Positions 10,238 through 20,946 are shown, numbered from the stretch's first letter. The stretch is 64,000 nt of DNA from an uncultured Methanomicrobiales archaeon (GCA_963697895.1 OY969100.1:1952001-2016000), one strand, 5' to 3'. A program made the numbers and translations. Notes: generated by a model not told the origin, from the sequence alone.

Positions 10238-10280
10238 CTTAAAGGTGTCGCTTTATAGGAGGATCGCTTATGGTACAGAC

Positions 10281-10658
10281 ATGCTCCTCCGTCAGGAGAA
10301 AATAGCCCTGTTGTTGCTTCTTACGGTGACAATATCGGCTGTGTGCGGATATATCGTGCTCGATGCATTTGGCAAGGGATCTTTTGCAGCGCCGTACTCT
10401 GATGCCGCAGCGGATGGGACACCGGTCAGACTGGACGGACAGGTGAATAGTGTAACCGTCTCCAGAACGGGAGGTCACCTGATCATGGAAGTGAGTGGTG
10501 TTCCGGTATTTGTTCCCGGTCAGGTAGCCGGAGGGATATCGATAAGGAAGGATGATCGGGTAACGATCACTGGTACGGTCCAGACATATCAAGGGAAGAA
10601 AGAGATCCTCGTGAACGATCCCAGGGACATCATCCTCTCCCGTTCAGAGCAGGAATAA
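10281..10658 (+). CDS. Membrane-anchored OB-fold protein
   Basis: N-terminal TM, then VRLDGQV...GGHLIM...RVTITGTVQTYQGKKEI. Confidence 0.75.
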   Translation: MLLRQEKIALLLLLTVTISAVCGYIVLDAFGKGSFAAPYSDAAADGTPVRLDGQVNSVTVSRTGGHLIMEVSGVPVFVPGQVAGGISIRKDDRVTITGTVQTYQGKKEILVNDPRDIILSRSEQE

Positions 10659-11160
10659 TATCAGGAATAATAATTTTTACGCTAATTACCACCGAACTCA
10701 GATCTTTCGGTTCCTGGTGGATGCTGAAGCATGACGGTTTTTCTTCTCGACATACTCCTATATCACCCGCTCCCGCGGAGTCAGATAGCGGTTTACCTGG
10801 TTTAACCTCCAGAAGGAGGTCATGACGAGCATCCCCCTTCTGAAAACCTATCCGAACATAATTAAATCCAGCGGGGTTCCCAGAAACGCGCACCTGTTGA
10901 TTGTAGAAAGTAGAAAGAGGGGATGACATGGTCAATCACTTTTCCCGCGATCAGGCTCTGCTCTTCCGATAGCGTCCTTCCAGATCTCTTGCTCTTCCTT
11001 GAGAATCCATTCCTCGATGAGCAGAAATATTCCGCGTCCATTGAGTCTGTTTATTTTCTGCTGTAATAACAGAACAGAATGAGGAATGCCAAAATTACGA
11101 TTAGAAGGATATGTTCATCCCCGTATATAGGATGAAAATATCACCATTCGCTCTTTCGGG

Positions 11161-11694
11161 TCAAGCAGATACAGTTCCCGTGTTCGCGACCTTTTTAAGA
11201 TGTTCCAGGGCGAGACCGACTTGGGTTCGGACCGCGGGATCGGCATCATTCCGGAGATCTTCCAATGGTTTGATCGCCCGGGGGTCCCCGATCTGGGCAA
11301 GAGCCCAGACCGCATTCTTTCGGACCGCAGGCTTCTTATCCTTGAGTGCATCGATGAGCGGGATCACGGCTTTCGGGTCACCTATCTTGCCTAACCCGAT
11401 TGCTGCTCCTATCCGGAGCCAGGTTTCCTCTGACTTGAGCGCATGGATCAGAGGTTCAATGGCCCTCCGGTCGCCGATTGCACCGAGAGATTTTGCAGCA
11501 AGCCAGGCGACATCGACATATTCGTCACTGAGCGCCTGAATCAGAGGTTCAACGGCGGTTTCATCCCCCACCTCTCCGAGGGCCTCCGCAGCTTTCCATC
11601 GGTACACCAGGTATGGGCTCTTGAGAAGTCCCACCAACGCCTCAATCTCCCGCTTTTTTGCAAGAATTTCGGGATCAACCGGATTTAAATCCAA
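11161..11694 (-). CDS. HEAT-repeat (PBS lyase-like) protein
   Basis: Repeated AA.ALG.IGD..A..PLI.AL.D units. Confidence 0.9.
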   Translation of the reverse strand: MDLNPVDPEILAKKREIEALVGLLKSPYLVYRWKAAEALGEVGDETAVEPLIQALSDEYVDVAWLAAKSLGAIGDRRAIEPLIHALKSEETWLRIGAAIGLGKIGDPKAVIPLIDALKDKKPAVRKNAVWALAQIGDPRAIKPLEDLRNDADPAVRTQVGLALEHLKKVANTGTVSA

Positions 11695-11800
11695 CGATAC
11701 CCCCTTCTCATGCGATCCCAGACCCGGGGATTTCCCAGGAAGGATAGAAATTCGTTTCTCTTATAGTAGTCATTTGGTAAAACCTATCCCGTTCTTCATC

Positions 11801-12625
11801 TCACCCGATTATCTCCAGACCGACATCAAGATTTTTCACCGAGTGGGTCAGGACGCCGAGACTGATGGCATCGGCTCCGAGTCCGGCATACCGGCTGATG
11901 TTCTCTTCACCGATTCCACCAGAGAGTTCGATCAGCACCCCTTCCCTGACTCCGCGCTTTTCTAGTTCCCGGATGGTCTGTTCAATCTGTTCAACCGGCA
12001 TGTTATCCAGCATGATGATGTCTGCCCCTGATGAAACTGCCCGCATCGCCGCATCCATGCTCTCAACTTCAACCTCGATCTTCCGGTAAAGCGAAGCATT
12101 CTTTGCCCGGCGGATCGCCTCCTCTACAGGTACTAACGCAAGGTGATTATCTTTAATGAGGATTCCGTCCGAAAGCGAGAGACGGTGCGGGTCCCCACCA
12201 CCCAGTCCCACTGCTTTTTTATCAAGCATCCTGAGTCCCGGAGCCGTTTTCCGTGTACAGGCGACACGACAGGAAGTATCGACCCGTTGTACCTGATTGA
12301 CACATGCCCGGGTAGCCGATGCAATTCCGCTCATTCTCCCGATGATATTCAGTGCAGTTCGTTCAACGAGAAGAATATCCCGGGCCTTGCCGTTAAGTCG
12401 CATGAGAATATCCCCATTGCGGATGGAATCTCCATCTCTGAACTTTTTTTGGGCAACCACTCCAAAATGAGAGAAAAGCATACCCGCTTCCTCCAGCCCT
12501 GCGACAATCCCGCTCTGATGACTTGTGATAACGCCATTGCACTCATCCTCACCGATAACCGTATCGGATGTGATATCACCGAACGGGGCGTCTTCCTCGA
12601 TAAAGGTGAGGAGATAATTAATCAT
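11801..12625 (-). CDS. nadC: Nicotinate-nucleotide pyrophosphorylase (carboxylating)
   Basis: EDAPFGDITS, ERTALN, TRKTAPG, HRLSLSDGILIKDNH, IEVEVE, IMLDN, SGGI. Confidence 0.95.
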   Translation of the reverse strand: MINYLLTFIEEDAPFGDITSDTVIGEDECNGVITSHQSGIVAGLEEAGMLFSHFGVVAQKKFRDGDSIRNGDILMRLNGKARDILLVERTALNIIGRMSGIASATRACVNQVQRVDTSCRVACTRKTAPGLRMLDKKAVGLGGGDPHRLSLSDGILIKDNHLALVPVEEAIRRAKNASLYRKIEVEVESMDAAMRAVSSGADIIMLDNMPVEQIEQTIRELEKRGVREGVLIELSGGIGEENISRYAGLGADAISLGVLTHSVKNLDVGLEIIG

Positions 12626-12858
12626 CGTCAACTACAATCACCCCCATTGAATCGGGTGGAAAGTCCGCATGGGCGCATTTCTCATATCGATGTGGCAAAT
12701 CAGGGAAATCCGAAGGTTTTCCGGCACGAGTCTTCTCCCATATGCTCCTATTCCCTCTCGTATCCTCATCCCCTGGATAAATCATTCATTCGTGATGGCT
12801 GACCTTGTTCACCCAATCTTACACAACTTATCCGCTTTATATTTCTATCCGAATCTCC

Positions 12859-13617
12859 TCATGTTCCCACAACGAGGGGATCATCCAGTTCACGGAGCAA
12901 CGTGAGGATCGACAGGGCTGCGAGGTAACTGGTGGCAGGGTTATCGGGACTGGGAGTATTCCTGACCCGGATGTATGCATCACCAAATTCACCTTCGGCA
13001 ATAATCTCATGTACATTTCTATCTACATTAGGGTCGGCCCAGAGCTCTACATCGATCTCTCTTCCAACAGCAAGACTGAGAGCGACGGATACATTTACAT
13101 TTTTCGGGAATTCCTTTATACATTCGTTTGCTTTTCCCTTGAAAATTAATCTGCGTTTATCTGCGGTAATCCCCAGACTTGCAGGGTTTTTTGTTGTTTT
13201 CAGGACAACCGAGTTCATTTTTGAAATACGGCCCACCTTCAGGTTGTCAAGCCCCATTACTGCTCCACTCGGAATATAGATCTTCCGCCCTTCCCTCCGG
13301 GCCGTATCGATGATCTCCTCTCTGAATGCCTCGTCAGAAAGTGCTCCCACACTCATGATCACCATATGTTTTTGCCGTCCGAGAACAGTACCGGCATATT
13401 TCCTGACCGCACTGACAGAGGCAGCCTCCACCACCAGATCGAAATCCTGTTCGATAAATGTCTCGAATGATTTATAAGAATCTCCCCGGGCCAGGAGGGC
13501 CAGCTCTTCCGCCCGTTCGTATATTTTGTCATATAATGCGACAATCTCTATATTTTCCCGATATTTTGCAATGATATGACCGATATTTCCGCATCCGAGG
13601 AGACCGATGGTAACCAT
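12859..13617 (-). CDS. nadX: L-aspartate dehydrogenase
   Basis: GLLGCGNIG, VVEAAS, SVGAL, PSGAVMGLD, FPKNVNV, PSPDNPATSYLA. Confidence 0.93.
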   Translation of the reverse strand: MVTIGLLGCGNIGHIIAKYRENIEIVALYDKIYERAEELALLARGDSYKSFETFIEQDFDLVVEAASVSAVRKYAGTVLGRQKHMVIMSVGALSDEAFREEIIDTARREGRKIYIPSGAVMGLDNLKVGRISKMNSVVLKTTKNPASLGITADKRRLIFKGKANECIKEFPKNVNVSVALSLAVGREIDVELWADPNVDRNVHEIIAEGEFGDAYIRVRNTPSPDNPATSYLAALSILTLLRELDDPLVVGT

Positions 13618-13783
13618 TGTACAGAGATAGCAGTATCATTGGTTAAGCATTTCTCTCCAATACCGGATTGACCGGAGAATAGTCACATCGTACGGGAAGG
13701 GATGAAAAAAATAAGGAATACTTCCGCTAAAACCGTACAATTATGATACTCCCCGTAAAAGGATACTTTATTTTCAGGTTTTG

Positions 13784-15038
13784 ATGACCGCTATCGAGAA
13801 CATACTTGAAGCCGTGCGAGGGAAAAAGGTATATCTGAGGACATACGGCTGCACGTATAACGCGGGCGATAGTGTCAAATTATCCGAAATTTTGCGGTCG
13901 CAGGGCTGTACATTCACAGACTCTTCTGAAAAGGCAGATGCTATTATTGTCAATACCTGCACCGTAATTGGTCCTACCGAACGAAAAGTGCTCAAATATC
14001 TGAAGCAGAACCGGGACCGGCAGACTCTTTGTGACCGGATGTATGCCGATCGTCCAAATGGAAGAGATCGAAGGGGTGTGTACCCCGCAGATAATTACCC
14101 CGGATGAGATACAAGATCTCTATTGTAATATCCGGACGGTTCCCCGGGCTCCGATCGGGATCGTTCAGGTTGCCACGGGATGCAGAGGCACCTGTTCCTA
14201 TTGTATAACCAGGCGGGCACGGGGGAAACTAAAAAGTTTTCCCCGCCATGATATACTCGACCAGATACGCCGTTATATTCGCGAGGGGGCTGTCGAGATC
14301 CGTCTGACGGCGCAGGATGCAGGTTGTTGGGGTGCCGATCTCGGGACTGGCGGCCTCCCCTCACTTCTGCACAGTATCACGCGGATTCCCGGGGACTTCC
14401 GGGTGAGATTGGGCATGATGAATCCATGCGGGATAGCTGACCAGATCGATCCCCTCATCCGGGAGTTGGAACACGAGAAGATGTTTAAGTTCATTCACTG
14501 TCCCCTTCAGTCCGGATCTGACAGGATACTTGAAGATATGAAGAGAGGCTACACATCAGGAGAATTCATCAGGATCGTTGAAGCTTTCCGCGCAGCATTT
14601 CCTGAGATGACTCTTGCAACGGACGTGATCATCGGGTATCCAGGTGAGACTCCGAAGGACCTGTCGGCAACCGTCAGAACGATCGAGACAGTCCGTCCTG
14701 AAAAAATACATATCACCCGGTATTCCCACCGGCCGGGTATTCCCCCGCATCCGGCCGGAGATCTCACCGATTATACCAAAAAAATCCGTTCACGATACCT
14801 GAATTCAGTTGCGAACCGGGTATATCATGAGAACAATGCCCTGTGGGTCGGAAGGAGGGTACCGGTGCTGGTTACCGAACGGGTCAGGCCGGATTCGGTT
14901 ATTTCACGAACGCCCTGCTATCGTAACGTTGTCCTACAGGGGGATCTATCACCGGGATACACGGGATGTGCATTCATCCAATCGGAGCACTTACATTATT
15001 TCAGAGGTGAGCTCGTCCCCGATGCAAGATGCGAATAG
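13784..15038 (+). CDS. MiaB-like tRNA methylthiotransferase (radical SAM), apparent +1 frameshift at ~14020
   Basis: N-terminal TYGC / NTC / (V)TGC Cys triad split across two frames; CRGTCSYC; HCPLQSGSD; IIGYPGET. Confidence 0.85.
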
Positions 15039-15279
15039 GGCTAGTCTTGCCGTTCACCGACAACAACGCAGGGTGTTCGGGCGTTTTATAATGGCTTTTT
15101 ATAGAGCATCATATAGTTTATATCATAAATAGATACAAAACCAAATGTTCCGCATATAGATTGAAAAACCGTGTAAAAAGGGTTCTTATCATCGGAGGAT
15201 GAGATGAGGCTGAAACCAGGTGAGGCGGTGAACAGAATCTCTATACCACGGGAAAGGTTGGGTCACAGAAGGTAGCAAA

Positions 15280-15855
15280 ATGGATGAGATTGAACAGGGA
15301 TTTTCGAAACTGATCGAAAAGATACAGGAAAAGGAAGCGAAAACCGGTGAGCTTGCAGCGGAGATCCGGAACCATGATGCCGAACTGCTCAGGCGCATGG
15401 CAGAATCAGCTATCCCGGTGATAAGAAAAGTTGGTCTGAATCTGCTTGAGAAGGGAAAACAGGATCCAAAAGGGGAGCTTTATGAAACCACCTTCTATTC
15501 TGACAAGGTAATCGTGCTCGGGAAGACAGACCCGCTCCCGTACCGGCCCGATGATCCCGGCAAGAAAGTAATGGATCAGTTCTGCATTCTGACCGAAGAG
15601 GGGGTCTTTCAGGAAATGATGTATAGCTCCGATGGGTATGTCCTCGATTCATATCGTCAACCGTTATCTGCGGAGGCAGCGCTCAACATCTATGGGTACG
15701 ATGTCATGTTCATGGTATACCGTGCAATGAAAGATTATCTCGATGCCGAAGAAGCACTTATCGAGGCCCTTGGGAGGGTTATTGAATATATATTCGGAAA
15801 AAAAGAGAACGGCGGTCAGGAACAGAGATCAGCCGGATTGGCGAAAAAGGAGTAA
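15280..15855 (+). CDS. Hypothetical protein with N-terminal coiled coil
   Basis: 191-aa ORF with plausible composition; no recognised motif. Confidence 0.75.
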   Translation: MDEIEQGFSKLIEKIQEKEAKTGELAAEIRNHDAELLRRMAESAIPVIRKVGLNLLEKGKQDPKGELYETTFYSDKVIVLGKTDPLPYRPDDPGKKVMDQFCILTEEGVFQEMMYSSDGYVLDSYRQPLSAEAALNIYGYDVMFMVYRAMKDYLDAEEALIEALGRVIEYIFGKKENGGQEQRSAGLAKKE

Positions 15856-15871
15856 AAAAATGATTTATCAG

Positions 15872-16327
15872 TCATTTCCATTTAAATAGGGGAAACATCG
15901 GTTTCAGGAGATCTTCCTCACCCGGATGTAAAGAGGACAATAGAGAGGTTGTTGAATACCGGCCGCCCCTTTCATTCTCGAATATTATTACCGCTTTCAC
16001 ATCTGGAACCATCGTACCGATTCGATAGGGGAACTCCTCCTCCTCTCGCAGTTCGGGAATGTCAAATTCGATATTCAGAGGCACAAGAGAGACATGTATC
16101 TTTTTTGCCGTTGCATTGCCCTGGTTTTTTATCCGAATTTCCTTTGAGTCATCCGTGAGATGGGCCACGAGATCAGGGTGGAACCGCGAGTCCTGCATGA
16201 TGAGGAAGGACATGACAAGAGCGATAACGATTACCAGTACGATCAGACCGAGATAGATATTGATGATCAGCAGAATGAGACTTACAAGAACTCCCGCACC
16301 TATCAGCATCTTTTCTCTGGTTTCCAT
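15872..16327 (-). CDS. Hypothetical membrane protein
   Basis: Two N-terminal TM segments followed by a beta-rich soluble part. Confidence 0.75.
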   Translation of the reverse strand: METREKMLIGAGVLVSLILLIINIYLGLIVLVIVIALVMSFLIMQDSRFHPDLVAHLTDDSKEIRIKNQGNATAKKIHVSLVPLNIEFDIPELREEEEFPYRIGTMVPDVKAVIIFENERGGRYSTTSLLSSLHPGEEDLLKPMFPLFKWK

Positions 16328-16367
16328 ACCGATCGTTGATCTCCGCGTATTAAGTGGATAATAACAA

Positions 16368-16441
16368 TGGGCCCGATGTGATTCGAACACATGACCTCCC
16401 GGTTATCAGCCGGGCGCACCACCTGGCTATGCTACGGGCCC
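16368..16441 (-). tRNA. tRNA-Ile (GAT)
   Basis: Reverse complement GGGCCCGTAGCATAGCCAGGTGGTGCGCCCGG-CTGATAA-CCGGG...GTTCGAATC...CGGGCCCA. Confidence 0.97.
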
Positions 16442-16562
16442 TTCAAGAGTTTCCTTATAGGGTAACCCTGCTGGGTTTTTATAAGTTGTGAAATGAAGGC
16501 CCGAAACAGTAGATTAAAAGCACATGATTGTTGTACCTTTCGGAAAGGAATGGGTATGGAAT

Positions 16563-18332
16563 ATGGATCGACGATATCTCCTTGGAAATGATGCGATTGC
16601 ACATGCATGCCTTGAATCGACGGTCGATTTCGTGAGCGGGTATCCCGGTACTCCTTCATCTGAGGTGATCGATACTCTGCGAGGAATGGCTGAACGGCAT
16701 TTTTACGTTGAATGGTCCGTGAATGAGAAGGTTGCCCTTGAAAATGCGCTTGGTGCTGCATGGTGTGGTATCCGTGCTCTCTGCACGATGAAGCATGTCG
16801 GCCTCAATGTTGCTGCGGATCCGCTGATGACCAGCGCATATACCGGAGTGACGGGCGGGCTGGTGATCATGAGTGCTGATGACCCGTTTGCCCATAGTTC
16901 ACAGAATGAACAGGATAGCCGGATATATGCACACTTTTCGGGAATACCCTGCCTGGACCCGTCCAGTGTCCAGGAGGCTCATGACATGATGCGGGATGCG
17001 TTTCCGCTCTCCGAAGAGCTCCGGCTTCCGGTACTCTTCCGCCCGACGACTCGCATCTGTCATTCGAAGAGTGATACGATCCTTGGAGATCCCGGCCGGA
17101 ACGTGAGAAAGGGGGTGTTCCATAAAGATCCACGACAGTACGTCGTTATCCCGGCGCATACCCGGGTCCTTCACAAGCAACTGAATGAAAAACAACCGCA
17201 TATTAAAAAAAGACTCGTCGAACTGGGATTCAACCGGTATCTGTTGAAGGGGACCCGGGCGATCATTGCCAGTGGCATCGCGGCATCCTATGTCCAGGAG
17301 GTCCTGCCCGATGAGATGTCATTTGCGCAGATTGGCGCCTATCCCATCGATCAGGACTGGCTCCGATCATTCATACGTTCACATGATGCCGTCCTCGTGA
17401 TTGAAGAGGGGGCTCCGGTCGTAGAGGAAATAGTACGGCAGGTCGCCGGCGTTATTCCTGTCTATGGTAAGATGACAGGGCACGCACCCGGTGAGGGGGA
17501 GTTATCTCCGCAGGCATTTTCCCGGATTATGGCATCCTGCGGGTTTTTACCGAAACACCAGTATCCGGAGACGAGACCCGTTCAGGATCTTCCGCTCCGC
17601 CCCCCCATACTCTGTGCAGGGTGTATGCACCGGTCGGTGTTCTACGCCATGAAGAAGATCTTCCGGGATGCTGTTTATCCCAGTGACATCGGATGCTATA
17701 CCCTGGGATTGCAGCTTGGGGCGGTGGATACTACCATCTGTATGGGGGCATCTATCACGGTGGCGAGCGGTATGTGCCATTCCGGCGAAGAACGGGATGT
17801 TGTGTGCACGATAGGGGACTCCACATTCCTTCATTCGGGAATGACCGGACTTCTGAATGCGGTGTATAACGGAGCAAACATGACAGTAATCATCCTTGAT
17901 AACCGGATTACTGCGATGACAGGTCATCAGCCAAATCCCACAACAGGATGCACGGCATGTGGCACGCCTGCAGCACCGGTCTCCCTTGAGGCAATCTGCC
18001 GGGCCTGCGGTGTTTCACTGGTCGAAACGATTGACCCCTATGATATTACATCGCTGACCACAGCATTACAGGATGTAAAAGTGCGTCGGGGGGTGAAGGT
18101 GATTATTGCACGACAACCCTGCGTGATAACCGCGAGGCGTGCAGGAATAAAAAGGGGCAGATATGAAGTCGATCCTGAAAGGTGTGCAGAATGTGGGATC
18201 TGCATCAAATTCGGGTGCCCCGCTATCGAGAGGCACGAAAACAAAGCGTACATCACCGATCTATGCAGTGGATGCGCAGTCTGCGCGCAGATCTGTCCGT
18301 CGGGTGCCATAGCACGGGAGGGTCTCCGATGA
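16563..18332 (+). CDS. iorA: Indolepyruvate:ferredoxin oxidoreductase alpha subunit
   Basis: LLGNDAIA, GYPGTPSSE, NEKVALE, MKHVGLNVAAD, SSQNEQD, GDSTFLHSG, C-terminal ferredoxin motifs. Confidence 0.95.
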   Translation: MDRRYLLGNDAIAHACLESTVDFVSGYPGTPSSEVIDTLRGMAERHFYVEWSVNEKVALENALGAAWCGIRALCTMKHVGLNVAADPLMTSAYTGVTGGLVIMSADDPFAHSSQNEQDSRIYAHFSGIPCLDPSSVQEAHDMMRDAFPLSEELRLPVLFRPTTRICHSKSDTILGDPGRNVRKGVFHKDPRQYVVIPAHTRVLHKQLNEKQPHIKKRLVELGFNRYLLKGTRAIIASGIAASYVQEVLPDEMSFAQIGAYPIDQDWLRSFIRSHDAVLVIEEGAPVVEEIVRQVAGVIPVYGKMTGHAPGEGELSPQAFSRIMASCGFLPKHQYPETRPVQDLPLRPPILCAGCMHRSVFYAMKKIFRDAVYPSDIGCYTLGLQLGAVDTTICMGASITVASGMCHSGEERDVVCTIGDSTFLHSGMTGLLNAVYNGANMTVIILDNRITAMTGHQPNPTTGCTACGTPAAPVSLEAICRACGVSLVETIDPYDITSLTTALQDVKVRRGVKVIIARQPCVITARRAGIKRGRYEVDPERCAECGICIKFGCPAIERHENKAYITDLCSGCAVCAQICPSGAIAREGLR

Positions 18333-18913
18333 ATGGAAGTTTTGATGTCCTGATCGTGGGCATAGGCGGGCAGGGAACCATCCTAGCCTCCAATATTCTG
18401 GGAGAGGCATGTATCATTGAGGGCAGGCCGGTCCGTGGAGCCGAAACCCACGGTATGGCCCAGCGGGGAGGATCCGTGGAGAGCCATATCCGCATCGGTG
18501 GTAATCTCGGCCCGCTGATCGCGCCGGGGACGGCAGACCTCATCATTGCCTTTGACCTCCTTGAAGCGGTCAGGTATTCGCATTATCTTAGCAGTGGTGG
18601 AAAAATGATCGTAAACAGGCATCTTGTCGTCCCGACTTCGGTCTTCATTCAGGGAGTGGCGGCTCCAACCGTTGAAGAACTAGAACAGAGCCTGGCGGGC
18701 CACTCTCCCTGTCTCATCGATGCCGATGGGATCGCGAGCGATGCAGGGAGCCCACTCGTCCAGAATGTCGTCATGATCGGGGCTGCTTCCCGGTACATTC
18801 CTCTCGCTCCACGCTCGCTGGAGGAATCGATACGCCGGCTGGTCCCGCAAAAAACCATCGAGATCAACATCCGGGCATTTGAGATGGGAGTTAATGCGGA
18901 GGATGTGTGCTGA
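18329..18913 (+). CDS. iorB: Indolepyruvate:ferredoxin oxidoreductase beta subunit
   Basis: GIGGQGTILAS, ETHGMAQRGGSV; ATGA overlap with iorA. Confidence 0.95.
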   Translation: MNGSFDVLIVGIGGQGTILASNILGEACIIEGRPVRGAETHGMAQRGGSVESHIRIGGNLGPLIAPGTADLIIAFDLLEAVRYSHYLSSGGKMIVNRHLVVPTSVFIQGVAAPTVEELEQSLAGHSPCLIDADGIASDAGSPLVQNVVMIGAASRYIPLAPRSLEESIRRLVPQKTIEINIRAFEMGVNAEDVC

Positions 18914-18930
18914 TCACGTACGAGGGAGAG

Positions 18931-19653
18931 ATGGATGCAATACAGCTCGGGCGATTTGCACTTGATACGATCTATCAAGGAGACGCCCTCCATCTCCTTG
19001 AGGAGCTTCCCGGGGGGTGCATCGACCTCATCATCACCGATCCCCCGTTTGCGATCGATTTTCGCTCACAGCGACTGAATTATAACCGTACCGGCGCTCA
19101 TGTCATTGATGGGTATCGCGAGATCCCCTGGCAGGAATATGGGCAATTTACCCACCGATGGTTGAAACAGGCTGCCCGAGTGCTTGCACCGGATGGGAGC
19201 CTTTACGTATTCTCCGGGTGGAACCGGCTGATCGATGTCCTGTCGGGCCTTGAGGGGGCCGGGCTGACGACGATCAACCATCTTATATGGAAATATCAGT
19301 TCGGGGTGTTCACCCAACGGAAATACGTCACCAGCCATTATCACATCCTTTATGCGGTGAAGGATCCCCGGCACTACCGCTTCAATAAAATTGAACATTA
19401 TCCTGAGGACGTCTGGGTGATCAACCGCGAGTATTGGAAAGGGAAAGCAAAGACACCGACGAAGTTACCATCCGCATTAATCAGGAAGATCCTTGGCTTT
19501 TCGAGTTGCCCGGGAGATATTGTCCTCGATCCCTTCGTCGGCTCTGGAACCGTTGCGGTGGTATGTAAAGAGATGGATCGGCATTTTCTGGGATTCGAGA
19601 TGGTGGAAGATTATTGCGCATTTGCAAAGGCACGGCTTGCAGAGATGGGCTAA
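18931..19653 (+). CDS. Orphan N6-adenine/N4-cytosine DNA methyltransferase (beta class)
   Basis: Catalytic DPPF precedes SAM-binding VLDPFVGSGT; no adjacent restriction endonuclease. Confidence 0.9.
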   Translation: MDAIQLGRFALDTIYQGDALHLLEELPGGCIDLIITDPPFAIDFRSQRLNYNRTGAHVIDGYREIPWQEYGQFTHRWLKQAARVLAPDGSLYVFSGWNRLIDVLSGLEGAGLTTINHLIWKYQFGVFTQRKYVTSHYHILYAVKDPRHYRFNKIEHYPEDVWVINREYWKGKAKTPTKLPSALIRKILGFSSCPGDIVLDPFVGSGTVAVVCKEMDRHFLGFEMVEDYCAFAKARLAEMG

Positions 19654-19748
19654 CGGGGATAACCGGTATTGGGCAACAGTAACCCGCCAGGCCGCCCTGG
19701 ATCGTACATTGTGAGCCTTGGCCCAGCCGGAGGTACTCGAAAAACAAG

Positions 19749-19834
19749 CGCTAAGGGGGAGATTTGAACTCCCGAGGGGCAAACGCCCCACAGGCTTTCC
19801 AGGCCTGCGCCCTACCGGACTAGACTACCTCAGC
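19749..19834 (-). tRNA. tRNA-Ser (GGA)
   Basis: Anticodon arm CAGGC-CTGGAAA-GCCTG, long variable arm GGGGC-GTTT-GCCCC. Confidence 0.96.
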
Positions 19835-19980
19835 AGAGAATGGTACCCACAATCATTGCACGGGGATTTTTTTAACACTATCCATCAGATGCCCGGTGAG
19901 AACACATCCTTGCACCAACGAGCGAGGGACAGGGTCCGGATCAATCCCTTGGGGTATAGGATTGAACGGACAATTGTTGT

Positions 19981-20946
19981 TCAATCAGGGCTAAATAGCC
20001 TGTTTTTCGTGCCGCTCTTCCAGTGCCTCGGATAAGTCTCCGGCTTCATAAATACAGAACGCGGGGCGATTACAAGACCGTGTTCCCCGGGCCGGAACGA
20101 TGAAGATGGGACGAGCGCCTCACCGATGCAGACGAGTTCGCCCCTTTTCGAGAAAACCGACACCATATCCTTCTTCTGGAATGGTGCCATTTCGATCACA
20201 CCGACACCGGCGAGAGTCGCCCCATGGCAGAGTGCATCGATTGACGCATCGGTGACCACCACGCGGGGGAGCTCAGATACCCCTTCCTCGACCGGGAGGA
20301 TGAACTGCCGGAGGGGTTCCGGGAACCCCTCTTCATACCCGCACACCCATGCATCCCGGAGCTCATGGAGGGAATGGGATATGTGTTCATCGAAGCGACC
20401 GGAGCGGGTCCGCCTGAGTTCCTGCATATGGGCACCAGTCCCGAGTGCGAGCCCGATATGATGACAGAGGGAGCGGATATAGGTACCTGCGTCGCACCGC
20501 ACCCGGAGCAGGACGAGCTGCCCCTCCATGTCGAGCAAGTCGATACGGGAAATGGTCCGGATACGTAACCGCCTGGCGACGGCACTCCTTCGGGGAGGAC
20601 GTTGGTATATTCTACCGGTAAATTCCCGGAGTACCTCCTCGAGCCGCTCCCGGGAGACGCTATGGTGCAATCGCATCAGGCAGACATACTCTTTTTCCTG
20701 ATTGAGCAGGATCGGGGCAAGCCGGACCGCATTCCCTATCATAATCACAAGTACCCCCGAGACCCCCGGATCGAGCGTGCCGGAGTGGCCGGCCGGAACA
20801 TCCAGGAGATCTCTTACCCAGGACGTTACCTGATGGCTCGACGGCCCCCGGGGCTTGTCGATTACGATGATGCCGGAACCGGGCCGTACAGGCCTGGCTG
20901 GACTTTCAGTTCGTGCCCGGGGATTATTATTGGGTGCGGTTTTCAT
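19981..20946 (-). CDS. cbf5: H/ACA RNA-guided pseudouridine synthase Cbf5 (TruB family, PUA domain)
   Basis: IDKPRGPSSHQV, AGHSGTLDP, QRPPRRSAV, CDAGTYIRSLC, MQELRRTRSG. Confidence 0.95.
   Translation of the reverse strand: MKTAPNNNPRARTESPARPVRPGSGIIVIDKPRGPSSHQVTSWVRDLLDVPAGHSGTLDPGVSGVLVIMIGNAVRLAPILLNQEKEYVCLMRLHHSVSRERLEEVLREFTGRIYQRPPRRSAVARRLRIRTISRIDLLDMEGQLVLLRVRCDAGTYIRSLCHHIGLALGTGAHMQELRRTRSGRFDEHISHSLHELRDAWVCGYEEGFPEPLRQFILPVEEGVSELPRVVVTDASIDALCHGATLAGVGVIEMAPFQKKDMVSVFSKRGELVCIGEALVPSSSFRPGEHGLVIAPRSVFMKPETYPRHWKSGTKNRLFSPD

Noticed and set aside
19653-19980. Integrated mobile element at tRNA-Ser (or at the other tRNA genes)
   Set aside because: No integrase, no duplicated tRNA 3' end and no compositional shift seen
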